A stretch of 63,894 nucleotides of DNA, filler included, from Stramenopiles sp. TOSAG23-2 (taxonomy: Eukaryota), in NCBI GenBank assembly GCA_900128395.1. It is 4 parts of 4 records of this genome, joined end to end, with 100 filler letters (N's around TTAATTAATTAA, not from the genome) between each part and the next. Parts side by side here need not be neighbours in the genome. Positions count along the whole stretch, not along the records: positions 1 to 18,870 come from LT649598.1; 3 more parts are not named here. The stretch is one strand, 5' to 3'. Below the pieces are notes generated by a model that was given only the letters and a program-made list of their open reading frames with translations, was not told the origin of the DNA and searched no databases. This document shows, piece by piece, positions 1 to 10,500 of this stretch. The first letter of the stretch is position 1. The number at the start of each line of letters is the position of its first letter. A program made the translations under genes and the position numbers.

Positions 1-467
1 CTAAGTGAGGAAAATAAAAATAAAAATGGTAATAATGTTATGAAGAAGAATGATACTGATGTTGAATGTGGTGAAGTGAAATTAGAGTTGCAGCAGCAAC
101 GGCAAAAGAAGGGGGGAGGGAGTGAAAACTGCTGCACTTCTTGTTTAAGAAATATGAAAAGCTCGGCATATCATAAAGAAGATGAATTATGGAAATTGAA
201 ACAGTGACTGAGTGTAGTGAATTTGTCTTAAAGTTTAAGAATGAATTGGAAAAGTTAGAATGTAAAAACAAAGAAAATATAAAACATAAAGCAGAAATGG
301 AAAAAATGATAGGGCAAGCTCAAAAATTTATGAGAAATTTAGAAAACTTTAATATTGTTAAATTACCGAAGATAATAGAAGGAATGAAACAACAAAACAA
401 CAATAATAACATCAGCAGCAGTGACAACGTCAAAATGAAAAACCGTAAACTTTCGTATTCACGATGA
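1..467 (+). CDS. Probable 3' end of a gene entering from before the window; frame broken (frame 1 open 1..207, second ORF 189..467)
   Basis: Frame 1 has no stop from base 1 to TGA at 205-207 (LSEENKNKNG...WKLKQ). It overlaps a K/E-rich, coiled-coil-like 92-aa ORF in another frame. No recognisable motif. Confidence 0.35.
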
Positions 468-802
468 ATATACAAGAAATATTGGAAAATGTGGTAGAAA
501 AGCATATATAATATATATTAATTTATAATATGATATTATATAACTCAGGATAAATAAGAGAATTTTTTATATTACTCAGGATCATTTATTTAAATCATTT
601 TTGATTTGAGACTTTAATTTTACGGGAGTATGCATATAATATGGATAAAAGAAATTTATATATATATTGAATAATAATTTTTATAAAAAATAAAATACGA
701 GGGGCTCTCCGTATAAAAAAGTTTTTACCCAATTGCTCCATAATTTTTATTTTGTTTATAATTACAAGTATGATCATCATCACTACTAATACTACTATCA
801 TC

Positions 803-986
803 ATCATTTTTATCAACTGAATTAAAACGAATGTTTGATAAAATATTTTTCATTCCTTGAATATTTAAGTCTGGAGGAGTAAAAACACTTGCAAATCATT
901 TTTATCAACTGAATTAAAACGAATGTTTGATAAAATATTTTTCATTCCTTGAATATTTAAGTCTGGAGGAGTAAAAACACTTGCAA
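803..986. repeat. 92-bp direct tandem duplication (803-894 / 895-986)
   Basis: Identical copies ATCATTTTTATCAACTG...AACACTTGCAA; frameshifts the LRR C-terminus. Confidence 0.95.
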
Positions 987-2721
987 TCGATCCACGTAAT
1001 CCTTTTTTTTTATTTCTTTGTCGTTTTTCTTTTGATCTTTTTGTTAATAATTTGGTTGCATGGTTTGGCAATGCCATTGTTATTGGAGATTTTCGAAATG
1101 CTTGCGCATCACGTAAACTATCAATAGCATTTTGTGATAATTGCGTTAATAACGTCAATTTTTCCAATGTAAGATTACGATATTTTAAACAACTTGCCAA
1201 GCTCAAGGCACCATCATTTAATATGTGATTACCACTTAAATTTAATTCTATTAAATGCTCATTTTCCTCTAATCCTTCAGCTATTTTAATTAGACCATCA
1301 TCTGTAATATTATTCATATTTAAATTTAATAATTCCAATTTGCTTCCTGTGGTTTTCAACGCTTCACCAAATGCAGAACATCCTAAATCACCAATTTGAT
1401 TGAAATATAAATTTAATTCTTTAATTGTTGTATTTGCCATTAGCATTGCACTGAGTGCAAATCCACCAGTATCTGTGATTAAATTTTCCTCTAAATTTAA
1501 TTTCAACACGGAAGAATTATTTTGCAAAGCAGCACTTAAAAATTTAACATCGTCATCCGTCAAATCGATTTTGTGGAAATCCAATATTACTGGTTGATAT
1601 GCTTTATGATGATAACTCAATGTTTTAGCTATTATATTAAATGGAAGTACTGACCAATCTATTCGTAAATCGGTTAAACCAATATTTGTTTGAAGTGCTA
1701 AAGCAAGTTTAACATTGCCTTCGATACCAAATAATTTATTATCTTCCAACTTTAATATTTGCAATGTTTTGTTCTTTTTCCCAATTAGTTTCGCGATTGC
1801 ACTTGCACTAGCAACATCAAGCGAATTATCACTTAAATCTAATTCAGTCAATGACTCATCGGTTTCCAATGCTTTGACTATATCAAAAATACCAGAACCA
1901 ATATCGCAACTTGATAAATCTAATGTATATTCATTTAATGTTCCATTTAAAAATCTACGTTTCTTTTCTTCTTTTGATGTTTTACATAATTCCCATGATA
2001 AGACAACACTTAAATACAATATACCACCTAATGTAGTGATTCCATAGCCACATATCATTGGAATTGGTGTTATATTGCTTATAATAGCAGTTAACAATGC
2101 AGCTACACCAAATAAATCAAAAATAATTAATACAATCAAAATTAAATATGAATAACGCTTAATGCCTAAACTTAAAAATACATATTTTTCTGGCGCAAAT
2201 ATATACAATAATAAATCCAATTTTCGCTCATTATAGGTAGCAGTTGTATCCATTAATAGATAAATTGGATTAACTATTGAGCAAATAATTGTTAAAAGAA
2301 AATAAATAATTTCTCGAACTCCTACTACTAACCCAAAAATTAACTGTAACTGATCTAACTCATCACTATAACTATAAAAAGCAAACCAATATAACAAAGG
2401 TTGCATCCAGTGCCAAATACATAAACGTATAATAGCAACTAATACAGCAGCTGTATTGGTTAAACCCAAGCGTCTCCGTGCTTCTAACCAATTAAATCGC
2501 TTCACTTGCACGGCAGTCATTGTAACTTCACTGGATCCATCTGTTGTCCCTTGAATAAGAGATGCTTGGAAGCCATCATATGTTTTATCAACAGTTGCTT
2601 TACATAACGAGTCAAAAAAAAGTTGTGATATCTTTCCACCAATTGCGCGTCCCAAAAATGGAGCTAAGACACCAATGACTAAGTATATATATTCTTTCCC
2701 AGTTGTCGGTGTAAATCCCAT
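865..2721 (-). CDS. Multi-pass membrane protein with C-terminal ribonuclease-inhibitor-type (NLRC3-like) leucine-rich repeats
   Basis: Several hydrophobic helices in aa ~10-240, then repeated LxxLxLxxNxIxxxG units (LTELDLSDNSL, IKELNLYFNQIGDLG, LIELNLSGNHILNDG). The true stop is probably at 725-727 once the 92-bp duplication at 803-986 is collapsed. Confidence 0.85.
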   Translation of the reverse strand: MGFTPTTGKEYIYLVIGVLAPFLGRAIGGKISQLFFDSLCKATVDKTYDGFQASLIQGTTDGSSEVTMTAVQVKRFNWLEARRRLGLTNTAAVLVAIIRLCIWHWMQPLLYWFAFYSYSDELDQLQLIFGLVVGVREIIYFLLTIICSIVNPIYLLMDTTATYNERKLDLLLYIFAPEKYVFLSLGIKRYSYLILIVLIIFDLFGVAALLTAIISNITPIPMICGYGITTLGGILYLSVVLSWELCKTSKEEKKRRFLNGTLNEYTLDLSSCDIGSGIFDIVKALETDESLTELDLSDNSLDVASASAIAKLIGKKNKTLQILKLEDNKLFGIEGNVKLALALQTNIGLTDLRIDWSVLPFNIIAKTLSYHHKAYQPVILDFHKIDLTDDDVKFLSAALQNNSSVLKLNLEENLITDTGGFALSAMLMANTTIKELNLYFNQIGDLGCSAFGEALKTTGSKLELLNLNMNNITDDGLIKIAEGLEENEHLIELNLSGNHILNDGALSLASCLKYRNLTLEKLTLLTQLSQNAIDSLRDAQAFRKSPITMALPNHATKLLTKRSKEKRQRNKKKGLRGSIASVFTPPDLNIQGMKNILSNIRFNSVDKNDLQVFLLLQT

Positions 2722-2833
2722 ATCGTTTATTACGTTGTATATCTATTGCTATTTTACTTTGTTTCTTTCCCAGTTGTCGGTGTAAATCCCATATCGTTTA
2801 TTACGTTGTATATCTATTGCTATTTTACTTTGT
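2692..2833. repeat. 71-bp tandem duplication spanning the LRR gene start codon
   Basis: TTCTTTCCCAGTTGTCGG...TTTACTTTGT at 2692 and 2763. Confidence 0.95.
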
Positions 2834-3322
2834 CTGTACATATGTATTCATAGTTTAAGTTATTTCATTTCATTCAATTCCATCATCAATATATATATAT
2901 ATATCCATGGATATGGATTTTAGATATAATACTTCTGTTCTGATTGTTGTTGTCTTATTTGCTTGTTGCTTGTACCAGGTATAAAAATGAGAAGAAAGAA
3001 GAGGATTATTGGAGGATTATTATCCCTTACCATCAGGTATTATAGCTAGTGTGACTCTATTAGTGGATTTCAAAATGGTAGTTAATTTAAGTACTAATTT
3101 AGTATACTAATTTATGTATATTTGATAGAGAGGTATTGGATATTACAAAAAATCGGATATTCTTAGTTTATTCATCAAAATAACTATTGGCTATTTTTGG
3201 ATTATTTTTTGTAATATCCAATACGCACATACCTCTCTATCAAATATACAAATGTATTATAGAGTTTTTGCTAAAATATAAAAAAAAAATATATATATAT
3301 ATATGTACAATATGTATATTCA

Positions 3323-3528
3323 TCTCTCTCTCTGATACCCGTATATACCTAATATCCTTATTCCTCTCTCTCTCCGTTTTTACAACTTCGCCTTTCCTGA
3401 ACCTTCAAGCATTGTTAAAAACATTTCTCTCTCTCTGATACCCGTATATACCTAATATCCTTATTCCTCTCTCTCTCCGTTTTTACAACTTCGCCTTTCC
3501 TGAACCTTCAAGCATTGTTAAAAACATT
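3323..3528. repeat. 103-bp tandem duplication spanning the Rieske gene stop codon
   Basis: TCTCTCTCTCTGATACCCG...GTTAAAAACATT at 3323 and 3426. Confidence 0.95.
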
Positions 3529-5576
3529 TTATGACGATATATTAAAGCCGGTTCATGTTTGCCAAATATAGTTTCCGCATCTTTTGATTCAGCAAATGAA
3601 CGTTGCATTTGATGCAATATTGGAAAGTCTTCAGTACATACAACATCCATGAACTGACCAAATCTATTATTAAGCAACACTCTGTCCTGATCGGTTTCTG
3701 GAACTTTATAGTTGTACATGGTAACTTTCACTATACATTCGTCAACTTTTTTCCCTGGCCATGCTTGTGTCACACGTACACCATCTGTACTGACAATCAT
3801 GGATGTATTTGGTGCTATAACAAATGTTTGTGTGCAATGTGATAATCCACATGGTTCCAACCATCTTTCTTTTGGCACATGTCCATCGGCCATTAATTGC
3901 AATGATTGGCTACCTAAAGTCATGCATGAATGTTGTGCTTTGCCATTTTTGTCATCAAACCATCGAAAGATAACACTATTACCTACCAATTGTTCACTTA
4001 ATCCTGGATGAAGTGATGAAAAATGATACGCTTCACCAAACGTATCAATAGGCAATTTCCAATTTGCCTTAATAAACATCTCTTGTGAAACTACAACAAA
4101 GTTTTTGTCCACTTGATATGTGCTTAATTCTTTTATTAAGTCAGAATTCATGATATTTTCCTTTAATAATTCGTAATCAATACTATTTTTTGGATGCGAG
4201 ACAACAAATAAGATTCCACCGATTTCAGCAGAAGGCAATTCAATTAAATTGCGATTGCCTAGATCTACATTCGTATTATTGTCAAAACCTTGTTCAAATG
4301 GAACATTTAATAAATCGCCATCTGAGCCATATGCCCAACTATGATACGGGCATACATGGACTTGTGTATTTCCACGAGGGTTTTCCTTTTGTACAACTTC
4401 CATTCCCCTATGTCTACAAACATTTTCAAATGCATGAAATTTCATATCCACATCGCGTGTCAGAAGAATAGATTTACCACTCATTTCAATTCGTACGAAG
4501 TCATTTGCTTTTAGCACATCAGAACTTAGGCCAGCCCAAATATAATTTGATTTAATATAATCCACTTCAGTTTGAAATCGATTTTCCTCCTTGTAGGTAG
4601 CATATCCATTGGTAATAAATGGTTCTGGAAATGGCATATCTGTTGTCTTATTTTTTAAGTTTTCGACAAATCGATGAATAATTGGACGTATTATGTCATC
4701 AACCTCAGGTAGCATGGCATACGGTGATATTGCTGCTGTATGTGGCGTTTCTAATGGCCATTCCTTAGGTATTTCTCCAGTTAAATTATATTGCAGTCGA
4801 GCATTTGGTGCACGTATTTCACCAGATCTGATCTTGTCCAACATTGCCCGTTGTGGAGCCCTTTGTGCTTCTCTACCTCAGGTAGCATGGCATACGGTGA
4901 TATTGCTGCTGTATGTGGCGTTTCTAATGGCCATTCCTTAGGTATTTCTCCAGTTAAATTATATTGCAGTCGAGCATTTGGTGCACGTATTTCACCAGAT
5001 CTGATCTTGTCCAACATTGCCCGTTGTGGAGCCCTTTGTGCTTCTCTTATTTGTAATAGCTGGTCCATTGAAACCATTTCTCCATATGGATTTTCGATTG
5101 GATAAGTGGAATCTGCTTCGATCCATTCACCTTTCATAGCTCTATTCAGAGCATCATTTGATGTAGTTGTTGGATTTGTCGTTGCTCCACTAGTTGTTCC
5201 AGCTGTATAATGCGGACAAACGGCACATTTCTCTCTCATATTTCCAGATGTCCAACATTGCCCGTTGTGGAGCCCTTTGTGCTTCTCTTATTTGTAATAG
5301 CTGGTCCATTGAAACCATTTCTCCATATGGATTTTCGATTGGATAAGTGGAATCTGCTTCGATCCATTCACCTTTCATAGCTCTATTCAGAGCATCATTT
5401 GATGTAGTTGTTGGATTTGTCGTTGCTCCACTAGTTGTTCCAGCTGTATAATGCGGACAAACGGCACATTTCTCTCTCATATTTCCAGACACATTATGTC
5501 TACTTAGTCCTTTACTTTCACATTTTTCACCTCGTTGCATGTGTAAGCAACGTGGTAAATCTTCAATATCTTGCAT
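3483..5576 (-). CDS. Rieske [2Fe-2S] non-haem iron oxygenase, aromatic ring-hydroxylating alpha-subunit / choline monooxygenase-like family (reconstructed 559 aa)
   Basis: Rieske motif NVCRHRG...CPYHSW, mononuclear-iron motif ANWK...EAYHFSSLH and a C-terminal ED. ORFs 5190..5576, 4781..5239 and 3483..4844 join into one frame once 241 bp and 173 bp duplicates are removed (2094-414=1680 nt). Confidence 0.9.
4702..5489. repeat. Two overlapping tandem duplications within the Rieske CDS: 173 bp (4702-4874/4875-5047) and 241 bp (5008-5248/5249-5489)
   Basis: Directly visible, apparently identical copies; the same peptide appears in three ORFs of the track. Confidence 0.95.
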
Positions 5577-5647
5577 TATAATTTGTTGTTGTTGTTGTTA
5601 TTATTATTGCTATTCTTTCGTGTTTCTCTCTCTGTCTGTCTCTTTCT

Positions 5648-6922
5648 GTTTTATATATTCAGCACTGAAGGTAAATTCGATTTTATTTTGTAAATAAACA
5701 CTAGCCAGAGCAGATATCTTTTTTTTACTGTATTAATACCTGGTATAGCTATATATACATTATAGCACTATACCTGGTAACTAAACTGTGTTGGACATAA
5801 GAACTGTGTTTTAATATGCACACAGCATTAGAACGCAGAAGAATCGCAATTATTTACTTGTAGCTTTATAGAGCTGTTACTGAATGTTACTAAACTTCAA
5901 ATACAAACAAGAAAATAGATATTATTATATCGTCTGAGTTTTATATATTCAGCACTGAAGGTAAATTCGATTTTATTTTGTAAATAAACACTGGCCAGAG
6001 CAGATATCTTTTTTTTACTGTATTTAATACCTGGTATAGGCACCATATTAATAGCTATAATAGCACTATAACTAAACTGTGTTGGACATAAGAACTGTGT
6101 TTTAATATCCACACAGCATTAGAACGCAGAAGAATCGCAATTATTTATACTTGTAGCTTGTATAGCTTAAGCTTTATAGAGCTGTTACTGAATTAGAATG
6201 TTACTAAACTTCAAATACAAACAAGAAAATAGATATTATTATATCGTCTGTCAAGCAGAATAAATACAATTACATAGTATACATATTGAACGTAGACACA
6301 GTAACAATATAACTTTTCTTATACATTATTTAAAAAAAAATATAATAATATGAAATTTACTCCACCGCAATCACAAAAAAAATCATCTATCCATAATAGA
6401 CGTATTTTAAAACCAACAGTAGTTATCTCATCGAATGTTACTAAACTTCAAATACAAACAAGAAAATAGATATTATTATATCGTCTGTCAAGCAGAATAA
6501 ATACAATTACATAGTATACATATTGAACGTAGACACAGTAACAATATAACTTTTCTTATACATTATTTAAAAAAAAATATAATAATATGAAATTTACTCC
6601 ACCACAATCACAAAAAAAATCATCTATCCATAATAGACGTATTTTAAAACCAACAGTAGTTATCTCATCAACACGAAAAAACAATAATGATAATAATGCA
6701 CCTAATATGATAAACAGAAGAATGGTAAAGAAAACACTTTTCTTATACATTATTTAAAAAAAAATATAATAATATGAAATTTACTCCACCGCAATCACAA
6801 AAAAAATCATCTATCCATAATAGACGTATTTTAAAACCAACAGTAGTTATCTCATCAACACGAAAAAACAATAATGATAATAATGCACCTAATATGATAA
6901 ACAGAAGAATGGTAAAGAAAAC
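5648..6922. repeat. Stacked tandem duplications: diverged pair 5648-5936/5938-6250, 237 bp (6196-6432/6433-6669), 187 bp (6549-6735/6736-6922)
   Basis: The start ATGAAATTTACTCC occurs at 6350, 6587 and 6774. Copies differ by SNPs (CCGCAA/CCACAA, CTAGCC/CTGGCC) and microindels. Confidence 0.93.
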
Positions 6923-7418
6923 ACATATGAATATGTCATATTCATTTTTGAAATACACAACTGTAAAGATAAATAAAGATGCATTTTTAAAGAAACGAAA
7001 AGCACCGATCACACCGCCATATAACTCCATATCATCACAGAATCCAACAAAAAGAAGACGAAAACGTTCTTTAAATGTTGTTAGTTGTCATGATAGTAAT
7101 AGTAGTAATATTTTAACTCATAATAATAATGTAGAAATAAAACCATCTGCACCACCACCACCATCAATGATAGTTGTACATGGGAAAAATCGTTTGCCTT
7201 CCTTACTAAATATATTTCAAATTTCATTAGATAAAGAATTCAAAAATTTCGAAAGGAAAACAAATGAAGCCGTAAATAAAATATCAAATAGATTATCCAG
7301 AGTTCATCGAAAATACAAATATGTAATTAATAAAAATCGAAAAAGAACAAAATCTAATGATATAATAGATGAACCAGTTGTGGTAGCACGTGTTGTACGT
7401 CGTCGATACAGTAGATAA
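6774..7418 (+). CDS. Hypothetical basic, low-complexity protein (214 aa)
   Basis: 645-nt ORF in AT-rich DNA, K/R-rich with NLS-like runs, convergent with the CHD gene; no domain recognised. Confidence 0.6.
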   Translation: MKFTPPQSQKKSSIHNRRILKPTVVISSTRKNNNDNNAPNMINRRMVKKTHMNMSYSFLKYTTVKINKDAFLKKRKAPITPPYNSISSQNPTKRRRKRSLNVVSCHDSNSSNILTHNNNVEIKPSAPPPPSMIVVHGKNRLPSLLNIFQISLDKEFKNFERKTNEAVNKISNRLSRVHRKYKYVINKNRKRTKSNDIIDEPVVVARVVRRRYSR

Positions 7419-7512
7419 TACGATAAGAAGAGTGTGAGAAAAGTACTATATGATACAAAGAATTGTTTTATATATATAATTTATCTCTCTCTCTATTTTA
7501 ATTTTTTCTTTT

Positions 7513-10500
7513 TTAAATACCTTGTTCTTTCGCAGTCTTTATAATTTCTGCCTCCTCATTTTTCTTATTAGGTGACGGGACGAAAGCAGTTGTAGTAGTA
7601 GTAGTAGTTGTAGTGGTCGTGGTAGTTGAACTTGATCCATTATCATTTGACACAGCAACTTGTGGTATCGCTTTCAAACCAAACTGACCATTCATTTCTG
7701 CACATTCTGGGCAATGCCATGTTTCCTCCGTATTTGCTACACGTCGTGCAAATGCTGTTGGTAACCCAACACATTTTGGATGGAACCAGTTCCCACAAGC
7801 GTCACAGCCGAGCCAAAGTCCACCTTTATCAATACCAACTGGCTGTTGACATAAACAAAGCGTATTTGATTTCGGTGGGACAGGCATTTCTTTCTTTTTT
7901 TTGTCTTTTCCATTTGTCTTTGCAATTGCTGATTGTGGAACAACATCCTTATACGTGACTGGCTTCGTTCTTGCACGTGATGAGCGCCTACTGCTTTTCA
8001 TTTCATTCGCTAGACGTTCATCTTCTTCTTTTTTCTTCTTCGCAGCTAGCATCTCTTCCCTTATTCTTCTTTTTTCATTCTCTGCCTCTTCTTTTTTACG
8101 AATTGCTTCATAAAATGCTTCCTCTTTCTTTTTCTGTATAGCAATTGGTCGATGATCAGGACATAAAAATGAAGATGTTCCAGCTCCAAATTTCCACCCA
8201 GATTCTACAGCACACATGACGTGAACACTATTTTTACATTTACTGACTAAACAACCAATAGTTGCTCCAGATTGATTGCAATTTGGCATGAAGCATTTAA
8301 TTTTTCTACCACGTTTAATTTCTTCGACTACTTTGCAATATTTACCATCATCGGTGACAAAAACCAACGGCGATAAATCAGCACAAGCACGATGTGCCCA
8401 AACAGATTGTTGTATTTCACCAGTCGCTTTATTTTTTTTCATAACAAATGGATTTTGTAGAAATGGCCCGGGCAAGCCATTAAGACTATGTGGACCTTGG
8501 CAAAATTCACATTTCAACACTTCCTTAGCTGCGGTTCGAGAAGATCGCTGTGAAATTACAAAAATATTTTTCGACGTATCTACCTCGTCTGGCACCGGTT
8601 GATTCTTTTTTGGTTTTTTCTTTTGCGGCTCCTCTTCTTCTTCCGATTCCTCCTCTGAACTGGTTTCATACTCGGACGAACTTTCCTCTTCTGATGATGA
8701 TTCTTCTTCTTCAACATCGCTTGGATCTAATTCTTTGTATCCATTTTTCGGACCTTTATTTGCACGACTAGAGGTCCTACGTGGTCCATCATGTACTTTT
8801 CTTGGACGCCCCCGAGGACCTTTGGGTTTTTTCGGTTTTTTTGGTTTCTTGTCTTTATGTTCACTTCTTCGTCTATCCCACACAAATTTTTTACCATCAA
8901 AATGTTTCTGGCATATTATAGAATTGTTATTAATTCGCAAACAATGTTTCTTATCAATACATCCTCTATGATATGCATCAGGGCACCGTTGGCAACGAAA
9001 TAATTGAGCATTTCCCTTTTTTTGTTTGCAAACAGCACAACGATGTTGCGGACAAGTAAAAGCGGATTGAAATGGTCTACCTCTCCAAGTAACACAATCG
9101 TTCACTTCCTTTAGGCAGTCTATGTGATAGAAGCGGCCACAACGCGGACTACAACATTGGAATACAGCCGTTTTGTCTGGAATTCCCTTTAAAGTACGAA
9201 CATCACCAACATGCCCGACTACCCCGCAGTGTAAACACATATGTTGTTTACTGGTACAATCTGGGCATTTCCAAGTATCTCCCTTGGGTAATTCTGTCAA
9301 CCCAACACAAGCCGGATGGAATGCACGCAAACAATCACCATCACAACACATTAATTGCCCACCATCTTGACATAAAGCGCAAAAATCTTGAAAATATTTT
9401 AAATCCTTTGGGCCAGTCCTTTCTTTTGCTTTTGCCGGTGCGCGTCCACGTTTTCCTCCCCGTCGTTTTCTAGGATTCCAAAGATCATCATCGCTATCAC
9501 TGTCACTATCGTTTTTCTTGCCTTTTCTACCGCTGTTGGAACCTAAACGATTTGTCGTTCTACGGGAACGATTTCCTTCCATGCTTTTGAGCCAAAATGT
9601 CGCCGCCTCAATATCATGCTCTGCAAAAGTAGATTTCATGCAAGATACTTGCAATGCGATTTTTTTAGCAGTCTCCCATTCAGATGGACTAACGTCATCC
9701 CCGTTTTGTTTCGCTTGCAACAATTCATCCACAAGTTCACGTAAATGTGTAATAAATTCATCTTTTTTCTCTTGAGTTTCCAGCGCAGACCCATCATTTA
9801 AACGGCCACGAAGCTCTCGTGCACTACGAACTCCAGGCATGACTAAGTTCCAAAAATCAGGATCGTCCACATCAATTGTTGTATCCGCTTCAGCTGAAGT
9901 GAAAGACATTTTTTCAGGACCATTAGATGATGAAAAACCTTGTCCTTCACCATCTTTGTACGTAACGTCACGTGAACGCGTTTGCAAAATATGATCAATA
10001 GTACTTTCCGAAAATTCCTTACTGTCTTTGTTGTCCATCATAGCAAACGCCCCTTCACGCAATAATCGTTCCAATTCCTTAGCATCTTCCTTCTTGTTCG
10101 TTAGTGGTATCATTGAACCACCGTCATCATTCACATTCGTAAACACACTTGATTCTCCATGTGACGTTCCACTCATTACCGCACGTTCAAGGCCCAATTT
10201 AATACTTGCTTTATGAAACATTTGCGCTTCATAAGAACGCCTTGTAATCAAACGATAAACCGTCACTTCTTTTTTTTGACCAATACGATGGCAACGAGCC
10301 AAAGCTTGTAAATCGTTTTGTGGATTCCAATCACTATCATATATGATAACTGTATCTGCTGCAGTTAAATTGATACCTACACCCCCAGCACGTGTGGACA
10401 GGAGAAAAGCAAATATGTCCGGATCCTTATTAAAATTATCAATAGACATTTGCCTCTCACGGCCATGGACACTGCCATCTAATCGTTCATGTCTGTATCC

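Noticed and set aside
4781..5576. ORFs 4781..5239 and 5190..5576 as separate small genes
   Set aside because: They are duplicated pieces of the Rieske N-terminus.
4702..6922. Direct repeats as a CRISPR array or LTRs
   Set aside because: Units are 170-310 bp, adjacent without spacers, and copy coding or promoter sequence. No cas, RT or integrase genes.
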